A stretch of DNA of 64,000 bases from Octopus sinensis (lineage: Eukaryota), in contig NC_043006.1 in assembly GCF_006345805.1 (NCBI RefSeq), positions 53,692,001-53,756,000 of the forward strand, written 5' to 3'. Positions 23,536 through 35,694 of this stretch are shown here, piece after piece. The notes below the pieces were generated by a model. That model was not told where the DNA came from, did no database searches, and saw only the letters and a list, made by a program, of their open reading frames with translations. A program made the position numbers and the translations under genes. Numbering within the stretch: the stretch's first letter is position 1; each line of letters begins with the position of its first letter.

Positions 23536-23927
23536 GCGGCGAGCTGGCAGAAACGTTAACACGTCGGGCGAAATGCTTAGCAATATTTCGTCTGCGGTTA
23601 CGTTCTGAGTTCAAATTCCGCCGAGATTGACTTTGCCTTTCGTCCTTTCGGGGTCGATTAAATAAGTACCAGTTACGCACTGGGGTCGATATAATCGACT
23701 TAATCCGTTTGTCTGTCCTTGTTCGTCCCCTCTGTGTTTAGCCCCTTGTGGGTAGTAAAGAGATAGGTATTTCGTTTGTCTTTACGTTCTGAGTTCAAAT
23801 TCTGCCGAGGTCGACTTTGCCTTTCATCCTTTCGGAGTCGATAAATTAAATACCAGTTTACAGAGCTGATCTAATCGACTGGCCCCCTCCCCCCATATTT
23901 TGGGCCTTGTGTCTAGAGTAGAAAAAA
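23536..23927 (+). mobile_element. SINE family A dimer (head+body+tail 1+body+tail 3)
   Basis: Junction AAAGAGATAG|GTATTTCG at about 23765. Confidence 0.92.
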
Positions 23928-23930
23928 TGT

Positions 23931-23968
<38 letters not shown>

Positions 23969-24229
23969 ACGTGCGTGTGTGTATATGTGTGCGTGTGTAT
24001 ATACATATACGAGTAAGTATGCATTTATATATGTATACTTAAACATCTATATATATATGTCTGAATGTATAAATATGTATATATATTTATTTGTATATGT
24101 ATGCATGAATGTATCTATCTATCTATCAATCTATATATATATAAATTAATTTAAATTGGATGTGAAGTGAAACAATTGTAGGCAAAGATAACAATTAATT
24201 AATGAATTAATATATAATGTATGTATATG

Positions 24230-24300
<71 letters not shown>

Positions 24301-24303
<3 letters not shown>

Positions 24304-24478
24304 GGTCCCGGGTTGAGTCGGGGTTAACCACAGTAAATAAGGTACTCAATACATAGCAGAGTAAATTAATTTTTTTATAGAAGGAGCTTCTACAGGACTA
24401 GAACTGTTCATTCAAATGGCTTCCTGATGATTTCATTTGAATGAAACAGTTCTAGTCCTGTAAAGCTCCTTCTATATA
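24301..24478. mobile_element. Penelope-type pseudo-LTR with a partial inverted copy and a decayed hammerhead (24419-24466 +)
   Basis: GCTTC-CTGATGA(24424-30)-..-GAA-ACAG/CTGT-A-AAGC; inverted partial copy at about 24375-24414; (TA)n on both sides. Confidence 0.75.
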
Positions 24479-24480
24479 AA

Positions 24481-24555
<75 letters not shown>

Positions 24556-25552
24556 GCTATGATGATATTTAAACCGCTTATAGAGATATTTTTATCCAAG
24601 ATACACTGGTTTCATATATTGTATTTTGAAGAGACATTTCTTCAATGATATATATATATATAACATTGAAGAAATATTTTAAATGTTGCTAACTTCATTC
24701 TACCTGACGATCATATGTCCAGTTTGAGTAATCGAGAAGCAGTTAGCTTTATACATAAAATTATATCAGTGTGTGCTTGCGTGAGAGAGGCCGTAAAACA
24801 TATGTTGTGAATTATGAGTGAGAGATGTCAGATCTTATGTGAAAATAATTTTATTCCTTGAAAACAAAATTTTAAACGGCAGGAAAAAAATAGCATATTT
24901 CATTCACATTCAAAATAAGTGCAAAGGTAAGTGGGGTAGAAACACGCAAAAGAAACTATAGGTTAGAGATACCTGCATTTTGGCGACGGTTTGAAGTTAT
25001 TTAGCTGCCTGACTTTTCCGATATTCTGCAAAATAGAACAAGAGATACAAAGAAAAGATTGGTCATTAATTCTTACTAATTTTGGCACAAGCGCTACGAT
25101 ATCGATGGGAGGGAGACGTCGATTACATTGCCCCAATGCTCAGCTAGAACTTATTTTAGAGACCCTAATGTATGAAAGCTAAAATCGACTTTGGCAGCAC
25201 TTGAACCTGAAAATATGGTAAACCAGAAGAAACGTCATCTTTTCCAGCTCGTCGTATTAAGAATAGTTAATAATGATTACAAATTTTGGCACATGGCCGG
25301 CAATTTCGGGGAGGTGGTAAATCGATAACATCGACCACAATACTCAACTGGAAGGATATATTAAAGTATATGCTACCCCCCCCTCCGTACACAAAATGTC
25401 GAATACGTACAACTAGAAGGCTTTCATCATAGGATTCAATCACAGTTGAACTGGGATCACACAACACCAAATATGTTTCCAGTCATGCAAAATCTTGGTC
25501 TTCGCTCCTTCCTCGATGATTCTCCAACTTTCCTTTGCTAGTTATCACTTAC

Positions 25553-25582
25553 TTTCATACCAAAATATACACTCAGTAATGT
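25553..25582 (-). CDS. TMEM229B: Candidate 30-nt start-codon micro-exon of the TMEM229B-like gene (5' UTR plus ATG AAA)
   Basis: Minus strand ttttcttattatAG|ACATTACTGAGTGTATATTTTGGT ATG AAA|GTAAGT; phase 0 matches the acceptor at 11885. Splice-site logic only, no transcript data. Confidence 0.3.
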
Positions 25583-25984
25583 CTATAATAAGAAAACCTA
25601 TATTGCAGTCCAGCACTATCTTTAAGATAGCGTGTTAGCACTAGTTTTGAAATTCCCAACATCTGGAGTGGCTAATTAATGCTTTAGATGTGTCGCATGA
25701 ATGTTACCCTTAAGCAAATAACTGCTGCATGTACTGCATCGCGGCCAGGTTGACATTAGACAAAAAGTAATGAGGAGAAAAAAAATGGGTCGAATGATTT
25801 AACGAATGAATTTATTTTAAAATAAATTTGTAAAATAATAAAAGAAGAGAGTCAACACTTACGCTGAGCGTCTTACATCATGGATGTTGTTGTTGTTGTT
25901 TTTATTGTTAAAGCAATAAAAAATTTGCGGGAAGAAAAACAAAATAAGAGAAAGTACTTTTTTTTTAAAATGCAATGTACTTAG

Positions 25985-25992
25985 TGACGTCA
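25985..25992. promoter_or_regulatory. Palindromic CRE (TGACGTCA) upstream of a candidate non-coding first exon
   Basis: Perfect CRE about 120 nt upstream (minus sense) of a consensus donor CAGC|GTAAGT at 25863. Confidence 0.3.
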
Positions 25993-26464
25993 TTTATCTG
26001 TAAATTTTTATTGTATTTGAAAGGTGAGAAAAATACGTAGAGCCAAGTCAAGACAAGCTAGTCAGTCAGTCAGCCAGCCAGCCAGCCAGCCAGCCAGACT
26101 GACAGACAGAAACAAATTAGAGTTAATATGCCTCAGCTTAGACAATAAGTATTATTATAAGATTCACTCTTTGTTTACTCGACGAGAAATTAAGTGAATC
26201 TCTTTCTCCCCGGTTCTCTCTCATACTCTCCCCCCCCCATCCACACACACACTCTCTCTCTCCCTCTCTCTCTCTGACTTACAGCGAGTTATTTATTTAG
26301 TTCGCCTAACAATAGTTTCAGTTTGCTAGAAATAGCAATCAAATCTACCTCTACTCAAATGCCATAGTTTTAAAATTAATGAAGAATCGTTGGACAATGT
26401 TAGCCCTTGAAAACAAAACAGCCACAGCCACAACAATTTGCTTAAGTCATAAGCTATCTAACCA

Positions 26465-26525
<61 letters not shown>

Positions 26526-26936
26526 TAGTTTTCTCTCTAATTACTTCTTTCTCCTCTCTCCTACTTTCTCTTCTCATTCTTATTTTCTTTTCCTATTCCT
26601 TTCTTTCTTTCTCGTTTTTTTCTCCCTCAGTCGTTTGCATTTCTCTTTCTTTTTTTTTTTAATCGCTTTCCTTTTGATGATCCTTTTTCCAGTTTAACAC
26701 TTTCTTTTTCCTTTTCATTTTCTCTAACCATTAATTTCATTTGCTGTTCTTCGTTATTCCTCCTGGCTGGGTCGCTAGTCGATGGAATGTAGCTTCTCTC
26801 TTGCTCTAATTCAACGGGTTACTAATGAATTAATTACAGAGAGTTTTTCTGCCAACAAAGATGATTTATACCTCAACGGTGGTAATTGTGATTGGTAGTT
26901 GTGATCAGAGGTAATGAGCAAGCAGATTCATTAGAG

Positions 26937-27826
26937 CAGAGGTTCTCAACGTGGGCAGTATCGCCCCCGGGGGAGGGGTGCTGGGCATATTAGGTTTTAG
27001 GGGCTGTTAAAGGGGTCGGTGAGATAACATAATTAACATACTAAATTTTACCTTCAAAAAGAAAAGATCCTTTTTACCTATAGTAGTAATTATGTTAAAC
27101 ATGATAAAATTAGTAATGGTTATTTACCAAAAAAAATTTTAATGAGAGATAAGTAGTGTGCTGCTATTACTAGCAGGTCGAGCAACTGCGTAGACCAGGC
27201 CTGGCCAACTCGAATTTCATTGCGGACCACTTTAATCAAAGAATGATTTTTGCGGGCCGCTTGTATTCTGACAGAATTAAAAGCATTTTGCTTTCTCATG
27301 CTTTAAATATAATAATGAATGAATGGTCGTTGATTCAACATGAAATATTATCATTACAAAAACAGTAGTATTTTTCTTTTTTACTTTTCATTACAATCTT
27401 TAATTTTTGATAAAATTTTTTAAATGTTTGCTTAAATAAACCTATTTCAAGAAAGTATCAAGCAGGCTGTAAGATAAAAGTCTTCGAGCCGCATGAAGCC
27501 CGCCAGCCTCAGGTTGGCGAGCCTTGGTGTAGAATCTGTACAGGTGCTCGAACTAATAAGAAAATTTAACCAGATTTCATAAAGCACAGGAAAATCATTA
27601 ACTTGCAATGTATAAAGTAAATTTACAACTTTTGTCTGTATTAATTTTTTTCATCACTTCACTGTTAAAAGCTTATACAATCCATTTTTAGAGTAACATT
27701 TATAAAATATCATGCATGCTAAGTTAGTTTAGTCGTGACACTCCAATCGCCAATTAGATGGGTGCCAGGCATAACAACCACTTAAAAAGTGGTACTACAA
27801 AAAAAAAGTAGGGTTAAGAACCATTG
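26937..27826. mobile_element. hAT (Charlie-like) non-autonomous element with an 8-bp TSD
   Basis: TIRs CAGAGGTTCTCAAC / GTTAAGAACCATTG; TSD CATTAGAG(26929-36)/CGTTAGAG(27827-34). Confidence 0.8.
27196..27526. mobile_element. Nested hAT (Charlie-like) MITE, 331 bp
   Basis: TIRs CAGGCCTGGCCAAC / GTTGGCGAGCCTTG; TSD GCGTAGAC(27188-95)/GTGTAGAA(27527-34). Confidence 0.75.
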
Positions 27827-30518
27827 CGTTAGAGTGTCGATAAAATGCCTCACATATAGACCAGATGATGTAATCTTTGTCTTTCATCTTTTCAGGGTCT
27901 ATATAAAAGGTTACGGTTTGATTCTGCCTGGCCACCAGCGCTCAGGTGGATTGGTGGAACCGTTAAAGAGTTTGGTGAGACGCCTGATAGCATCTGCCGT
28001 GATTCTCTACGTTCTGACAATAAAACCGGTGTCGACACTGGTGCCTACCAGGCTGTGACGGTCACGACATTTTCATTGTATAATATCGATGGCGTAGACA
28101 GAGGAGATGCATGCATGGATAGCGGCTGGTCTTTCACATACAGAGAAGTGATGAACTCTTAATCAAGCTTGAGTCGTGTAGATGAACTTTCCAGGTGCAA
28201 ATACGCAGACTGCTTATTGCAGACGACAAAGGACATTAATTTATGACCTAAGGTATTCAAACATTGACTTTAGACACAGAGAAGTCGACAGAGAAGCATC
28301 CATGATTCGAGGGAAATTAAATTACTATCTTTAGTAGATCAAGGAACTGCATAGAAACTTTCTAATCGGTTCGATTTATAGTCTAGCTTGCCTTGGGCCA
28401 TAAGAATTAAGTGCCTTGTTCATATACACATAAATAAAACATTGGAAGTATAAGAACAACTAACAATTTCGGTTCGGAACCCTGTCCACTAGGCTTTCTG
28501 TTCCCTCACTTGATGTAAATAATTTAAATTAGATATAAATAATTTAAGTACAAACACTACCGCAGCAGACAGTGATAAGTTCTAGCTGTTTCGATCACGA
28601 GATACCGTTATGCATTTAGTTCTAAGTCAGCTCTGATCTAGCGGAGCTATGATAAAGACATGGTTTTCATAGTCAGCCCAACTTTTATTTAAAACACAAG
28701 CTAATTTGAGTTATTTTCCGTGACTAACAATTTTCAATTATACAAATCATACAGGTCAAAATTTTCCGCCTTTTTTTCATTTTTAAAGTCTTTTGCTACC
28801 GATCAAAATACATTTGAGCTGACTTAACTCTGCTCTTGAGATTTAATAAAATCGAAACTTATCTGTAGCCACTCTTATGCCAGCCTGCAATGAGCAGAGT
28901 TTTCCTCAACACACTATGAAAATTCAGTTCTCTGTGAAATTGATTCTTATTCTTTGAGAGTCACTAGTTTCCCCACACATACACCCCATTTCAACTTAAA
29001 AACACAGTTCAATAAGAACTATTACATTTGCCGTTCAATCCATCACCATCTTCCGAAATTATCTAAATTCATACAAGCCAACGGGAGAAATTTTAAATAT
29101 TTGCTTGGCTTGCTAAAAATAGCAATCAAATCTTCTCCAAATCACACTCTACTGTCTCAAAAAATTTACTCGTTGGACAATGTGGTCCTAAGTTTCCTGC
29201 ACATAAGAAAAACACAGGAAGGTCTCGGCTGGAATGGCTTTGTAGGTATACTCGATTAGGATTGAACTTGGGCTAAACCTCATCAGCAACATCTAAATTA
29301 ATGCCGTTGATTCGATTGTGTTATCCTTTTAAGTTACTTTTTGTAATAGTGTATCTAAGACTACATTATCCAATGTCTCATTCCATTTTTAAGACAGTAA
29401 AACGTGCTTTAAGCTCGCTTTAACTGCGATTTGAAGTTCAGCGACCATGTTGTGGAGCTCCATGCATGTTCTTTTGTTTTGATATTGGTTGTTCATGCAT
29501 AAACTTCTGGTAAAGTGGTGAATGGCATCATACTTAATATCTAAGGACATAATTATTTCAAACAAATTTTTGAAATAAATTTTAAGCTAAAATATATGTA
29601 TGTGATCAATATATATAAGAATTTCTTTTAAAAGATTTTCCCAACAATTCGACAGGTCACGAAGATACCCCTTCGTATAATAGCTACTGTTATTGTTATT
29701 TAGTCCCAGGTCAACCTGACTGAGTTGGTCACTACTCGAATATCAAAGGCATTCGAGTAGTGACCATCTCGCCAATGAAAAATACTCTACCTGATCCCTC
29801 AATCATTTTAGAAATAACACCCAAATCTTTTTCAAATCACAACCTAATGACTTAAAATTTGAAGGATACTTACAATAATGTGGTTCCAAATATACAGAAA
29901 GACGGGATGGTCACTACACGAACACTTTTGATTATATATACTAAGTGTTGTATACCAATCATTGTTATATATTATAGTCAGAAACTAGTATTATAAAACA
30001 GCGGGTTTCATATTTCCACGATTTCTTTTCTTCAACATAACAAATAAGGGTTTAATGGTTTAGCAAGGTTACAAGTTGTGTTTAATAGAAATATGTTAGC
30101 GAACCCCAGTAGTTTCTTGTTTGTTTTTTTTGTTTTTTTTTTTTATGACTACATTTAACTATATTTTGGCTGCCGTTCTGTATCGTAAGTCAGTTGCTAC
30201 AGAGCAAATGCTAAGACTTTACTGCAGCTGATGAAGAGTAATAATCATAAAAGTTACGAGTGCACCCCCTTGTTCAGTTACGTGTGTGCACATTACGTGT
30301 GTGCACATTAGTGTAAGTGAGCGGTATGAATGTTTGTGTGTGTATGTGTGCGTGGGGGGGGTGCATGCGTGTGTACGCGCAAGAAAGAAAGGACAAACTA
30401 AAGACAGAAAAGGCTGTCGTAAGAAAAAGAAAGGGAAAGGGAAAAGGAAAAGAGAACATATTGATATACTACCAAGTACCAAGAATATATTAATAGTTAT
30501 ATTCATTGAACTAAACGA

Positions 30519-30616
30519 CACACTGCACCTTGTATGAGTAAATGAAAAGAGCAGACGACAGCTCACACTGCACCTTGTGTGAGTAAATGAAAAGAGCAGA
30601 CGACAGCTCACACTGC
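30519..30616. repeat. 45-bp tandem repeat, 2.2 copies
   Basis: CACACTGCACCTTGT(A/G)TGAGTAAATGAAAAGAGCAGACGACAGCT starting at 30519, 30564 and 30609. Confidence 0.95.
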
Positions 30617-31639
30617 CAATATACAAGAGAATGAAATACGTTATTTTGTTTGGTTTGGTTCAAATTATTATTTTATGATATGTCATAGCTATAATTTCAT
30701 TTTTATGGTACTTATTTTAAATATATTTCTAAAAAAAAAAAAAATTGAAGCTCATTTTGTAGCCACGCGATTTCGAGTTTAGTCCTACTGCACAGCACCA
30801 TGGGAAAGTGTATTGTGGTTCATATCTCAGCAGCAGCATCTGTTTTTACAGTCTCGATTTTTATAATGATCGGGAGCATCTTGTAACTTGGTGAGTGTTT
30901 AATCAACTGCTTGTCTGACTTTCAGTTCATCATTCGAGCCTGAAGGCAAGCAGAGATTAGCCGTCTCGGTCAGGCTGGCCATTGGATAAGGTCATTGTTG
31001 TTTTTTTAGTGAGTTGCTTACAACTTTCTATATATCGGGATATGCAAGAAAGAATATATGCAGCAATCTTTACAATAATGCATCAACAGCATATAACCAC
31101 CTATCCAAAGAACTATGCAGTGATAGTTGTGTATGTATGTGTGCGCGTGCGTGCGTACGAGTGTGTGTATGAGGATCTTGATGAATGACCATCTAGTTGT
31201 TCGATTAACTGGATTACCTATTCATTGAATTGGCGTACGAGGTGGCTGAGTATTCCACAAGCATGTGCATCCTTTATGTAATTGATTCTCCAATAGAAGC
31301 AGCGTGACACAAGATTCAAAAGGTTGGACCTTAGAATTTATAAGTACGGGATTGCTGCGAAATAAACTTATTAACCCCTCAACCATGCGTACATCTACAC
31401 ACATACATTCATACACACTCACGCACACACATTCATGCATGTATATATACACATACACCTATGGATGGAGAGATATGTATGGTTATACAATCACACACAA
31501 CAGACCATCTATTGAATCCATCTTTCACTGACACATATCATTAAGATATCTCACTGGACCTTCTACGAAGGTAACGATATTCTATGTAACGTCAGAAGAT
31601 AACAACTCGGTGACTGTGACACGAATCTAAATAAATATA

Positions 31640-31803
31640 GGCCAGCAATTTCGGGGAAGAGAATAAACTGATTTTATCGATCAGAGTGCTCAACTGGTAC
31701 TTATTTTATCGAAAGTATGAAAGGCAAAATCGACCTCGGCGGCATTTGTACTCAGAACATAAAGAAGGACGAAATTCCGCTGAGTCTTTTTCCTGGCGTG
31801 CTA
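31640..31803 (-). mobile_element. Degenerate SINE family A fragment
   Basis: Reverse-complement body module GAAAGGCAAAATCGACCTCGGCGGCATTTG. Confidence 0.7.
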
Positions 31804-34444
31804 AAAACCAAATAGCTATTGATACGACCGAGACTGAGACATATTTTCTCAGCAGAACAGACTGGATTCCAAATAAACCGACAGCTCAACAGATCGTACC
31901 CTGTGAACGTCGCTATACTGTATCTGTATAGCTTACTAAGAATAATTAAATAACACAGTACAGAAAGATGTCACTATAATCAGTAGCACTGTTCAGTTGT
32001 GTGAGTATGAAGAAGCTGCAGCAAGTGTGCCTCTCGCCAAAGTCCTCCGCTCTTATCATTCGGTCTTGGTTTTGAATTTAGACTCTAGTCTTAATTACAG
32101 TCAGGGTATGAAGGTATGTGGTTTAATCAGGGATAGAAGAGCAGTGCCCATAACAATTTGCTGGACCTACTATAAAAGTGGTGATGGTTTGAGATTGAAA
32201 TGAGACAACTGGGCGCTGCTATTTGGAAGAGGACAATTTAGCACGGCTGACTTGGCATTCAGCCTGTTTTGGCGATTATGTTTTGGCTTTGGAGGCAATC
32301 ATACACACATACACACGTTCGCGTGTAAAAATCTAGACAGAGAGAGAGAGGGGGGAAGAGAGAGATGAGGAGAAAGAGAGACATTACACATACATACAAA
32401 CATAACTAGATGCTCATACACATAAACAGAGAGAGAGAGGAGGAGAACGAGAGAAACATTAAAACGTGTCGTCAAATAAGTCAGCGTCGAATCTGCGACA
32501 CCAAATAGACGGCACCAAAACGGTTGTACAAAAAGGTCTCATACCCACATGGGATTGTAAGAGCAAACCTTCAGAAGTAGAAAGCACAGGGAAGAAACAT
32601 GATTCCAAAAACAACTGACTTGCTATTGCGCATAACTAACTGATATTTGCCGATAAATTTTCAACAAAGATATAAATATACCAAGCTTGTTGGTATTGGT
32701 GTAAAATTGGTATAGTAAAACAAAATATCGATGAATTATTAGCCTGTTGTAAATGTCAGAATCTGCTCTACTAGGATCACTGTGAGAGCAACAATTTCAT
32801 CATGACCGAGCAAGGAGCTGGGAAGAAATGAGTTTGAGAATGTGCTTAGTAGCTTCTAATAATCAAAACTGTAATGTCAGATGTGTGATAGCATAGGAGC
32901 AATTTTTTGCAGTCTGATTGGATTTTAAAAAGCAGCGGATTCTCTACTCCACTCGGGTACCAATTCTTTTGCACGCGAATGTTCCAGAGACTATAATCAA
33001 AGTCAGACAAATTGGTTTCATCCTGGGCCTCCACCCTGAAGTTGTATACAAGAAATTATACAATGCAGAGATATATTTCAAAACAGGTGTATATTTCAAG
33101 TCTCTCTGTAATGCTATTTACACTTTCAGAGACACCTTTATCATTTTTATTCAAGAAATCTGAACGGATTATTATTGCCTCACAAGAAGGCAGAAGAGTC
33201 AATTTGACCTATAGTTTCTTTGTAGATTACCTGAAAGTAAATGATCCCAGCAAATACGAATACGCGGAAGAGTCTTGCCCTTATTAAGATATACTGAAAG
33301 GTTATAAGGAAGAAGCTTGTCCAAGATCAATGTTTCAACTTAACTGTAAAATGAGGGACAACTACAAGCCAGTCTAGGGACATCTTTATAACGGCCTAGC
33401 TCTAATATCTGACTAGGAATACTATAGGCACTAAGAGAGGGATGAAAATTTATCCTACTATGGACTTGTAACCAGGCATATAAAATTCAGGGTAACCAGG
33501 CGTATAATATCCAGGCGTAACCAGGCATATAATATTCAGAGTTTAAAAAATATAGTCGTCAGATAATTATATAATTATCCACAATATGTTTACTGAACCA
33601 GTATTCATATCAACATTTGGATAATTTAATTGAACACTAGAGGATATCCAAATCTTTCATGCTAAAACCGCTAGATATCTCTACATCAATAGTGACAATG
33701 ATTGTCTCTACCTACAACGAAAACAAAGAAGCAGTCTTAACATTGATTCAAATAGAGTGTGAATGTCATATCATATTCCTTTGACAACAGCTAATAACCA
33801 GTACGTGTCGAAGAACATCCATAGATCAAGTCTCCATACATGAGACAAATAGTATCATGAGAGTTAGCAAGAAGCTCATCAGAAAGAGTTACCTGACTGA
33901 TGACTAGGGATACTCACCTAGGGAAGTTGCACAATTCTACCATAATAGAACATCTGACGAAAAACTTTATACTCATCAACAGACGGTAATGAATTACTAT
34001 GTTGCCAGAAAGTTTCAAAGTAACAATAACACAGATAAACAAAGTAGTCTATCTTTCGAGGATATACTTTTGCAATAATAAGGAAGACATATTACAACAC
34101 AATACTTAATGCAAAAATAAGATTAAGATGCTGATAAAAAATCTCGCACATTATAAACACAATGTAATCACAATACTATATACCTGTAGGGCAGTATGTC
34201 GTGGCCAAAACAGTATAAAATTCAATCCATAGGGTTAGGGTTATGGGTATACTCACCCATAATGTGGAATAATACCGGTTGAATATTCCTGTCAAAACCT
34301 ATGTAACATGTACGCATAATAGACCAGATATAAAAGTCTGGGACAGAGAAAAGAAAGTAACACAGTTGTAGAAATCAGTTGTCCAGCAGACGTTAATATA
34401 ATATTAAGGATAACACCTGTGTGATAGCAGGTAAATGGCATAAT

Positions 34445-34650
34445 TGTTAGGACATGAGAAAAAAAAATGCCTTGCGGTAGTTCTTTCAGATCTTTATGTT
34501 CTAAGTTCAAACCCTGAGGTGAACTTTGCCTTCCATTACTTACAGAGCTGATTAATTAAATAGCAGTCAAGAACTGGTGCCGATATAATTGACTAACATC
34601 CCCCTCTCGAAACTGCTGGACATGTGTCTAAATTAGAAGAAAGGATTATT
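34445..34650 (+). mobile_element. Old, degenerate SINE family A copy
   Basis: AAGTTCAAACC..ACTTTGCCTTCCAT body and AATTAGAAGAAAGGATTATT tail. Confidence 0.6.
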
Positions 34651-34790
34651 TATAAGTATGCATTTATGTATGTATAAGAGCGAGAGAGAGAGATAATGTA
34701 CTGTTCCGTGATGGTGTAAGATCAACAAAAAAAAGTACTTCATCTGGTTCGAGATAAATATTATTTAATAGAGACATAATGTTTTTTTTA

Positions 34791-34847
34791 TGTGCTACTA
34801 ATAGTTTCATATGTTGAGAAATACTTCAAATATATTCATCAGGCACA
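34791..34847 (-). ncRNA. Type I hammerhead ribozyme in the 3' pseudo-LTR of a Penelope-like element
   Basis: Minus strand TGTGC-CTGATGA-ATAT..TTGA/TCAA..ATAT-GAA-ACTATTAGT-A-GCACA; GUA site at 34796; about 190 nt downstream of, and on the same strand as, the GIY-YIG ORF. Confidence 0.8.
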
Positions 34848-35029
34848 AACCACATATCATAACGAACTAAAAATTGAACGAGAGAAGAAACGCGAAAAGT
34901 TGAGAAGGAGGCATATAGAAAACGTGGAAGGTTAAAAAATGGAAAACGAAAAAAGTAAACAGTATAAAAGGTAAGAGAGTTATCCTCCTTAGACCTTATA
35001 AATCACAAGGCTGGAAAGATATCACCAAA

Positions 35030-35680
35030 TTAATCGGGTATCGGCGGAATTTTCCAATTCTTCAAAATGTACTTAGGCATATGTTTACAACCGCTGAAAA
35101 TTTCAGCCCTAGTATTCAGTAGATCTGAAAGGATCTGAGCTCTTTCAGCTAAACCTAGCTTACATTTATTCGAACCATTAACATTAGGTGGGGATTTTTC
35201 AATTATTTTCCACTTAATCACATGCGGTGTTACGTTAAATTTCAAACTCCATACGTGGTTAGCCAACTTAGTACCTTTGCTTTATGCTTATGTCGAAAGG
35301 AGGCTATGTGGTTGGGACAGCAAATTTTAAATTCTCCTTCACATAATCCAATATAGGTCTTATTTGTTGTATTATCATCCAGCGTTGCAGTAAATTCTGC
35401 TTCGTAAATGACAGATTTAATCAGATATCGTTGGTCAAGTGGACAGGGATCCTGGGTCTCGACAGTTACAACTGGATTTAAGCTCTTGGTATTGACCTCG
35501 TGTAATGATGCACTTCATATCGAGGAAGCAATGATATAATTTCACAGAACACCTATTAAATATTTTCCTGTATCTGTGAGTTACTGGAAAGTGTTTGTCT
35601 AGGAGAGAGGGGAATCTTTTACCTACGTTAGTTTTTATATTAAAGGAAAAGGGAGGGCGAACCAAATAAATATCCTTGGC
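35030..35680 (-). mobile_element. Penelope-like element 3' part with GIY-YIG endonuclease (Naiad-like motifs), frameshifted
   Basis: PPFSFNIKTNVGKRF..LDKHFP, CNC..CPL, SVIYEA..TYIGLCEGEFK, NHVW..IKWKIIEK, KCKL.LAE..LLNTRAEIFSGCKH. Confidence 0.85.
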
Positions 35681-35694
35681 CGTTTTTTAGGTCT

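Noticed and set aside
32205-32560. Possible MULE-like subterminal repeats (TTTGGC/GCACCAAA)
   Set aside because: No alignable TIR pair or TSD could be established
33640-33762. Peptide IQIFHAKTARYLYINSDNDCLYLQ resembling an FGF/beta-trefoil strand pair
   Set aside because: About 40 codons bounded by stops with no splice sites; resemblance too short to support
35030-35680. Selenocysteine recoding, reported for some Naiad PLEs
   Set aside because: No in-frame TGA at the conserved Cys positions I could read, and no SECIS recognised
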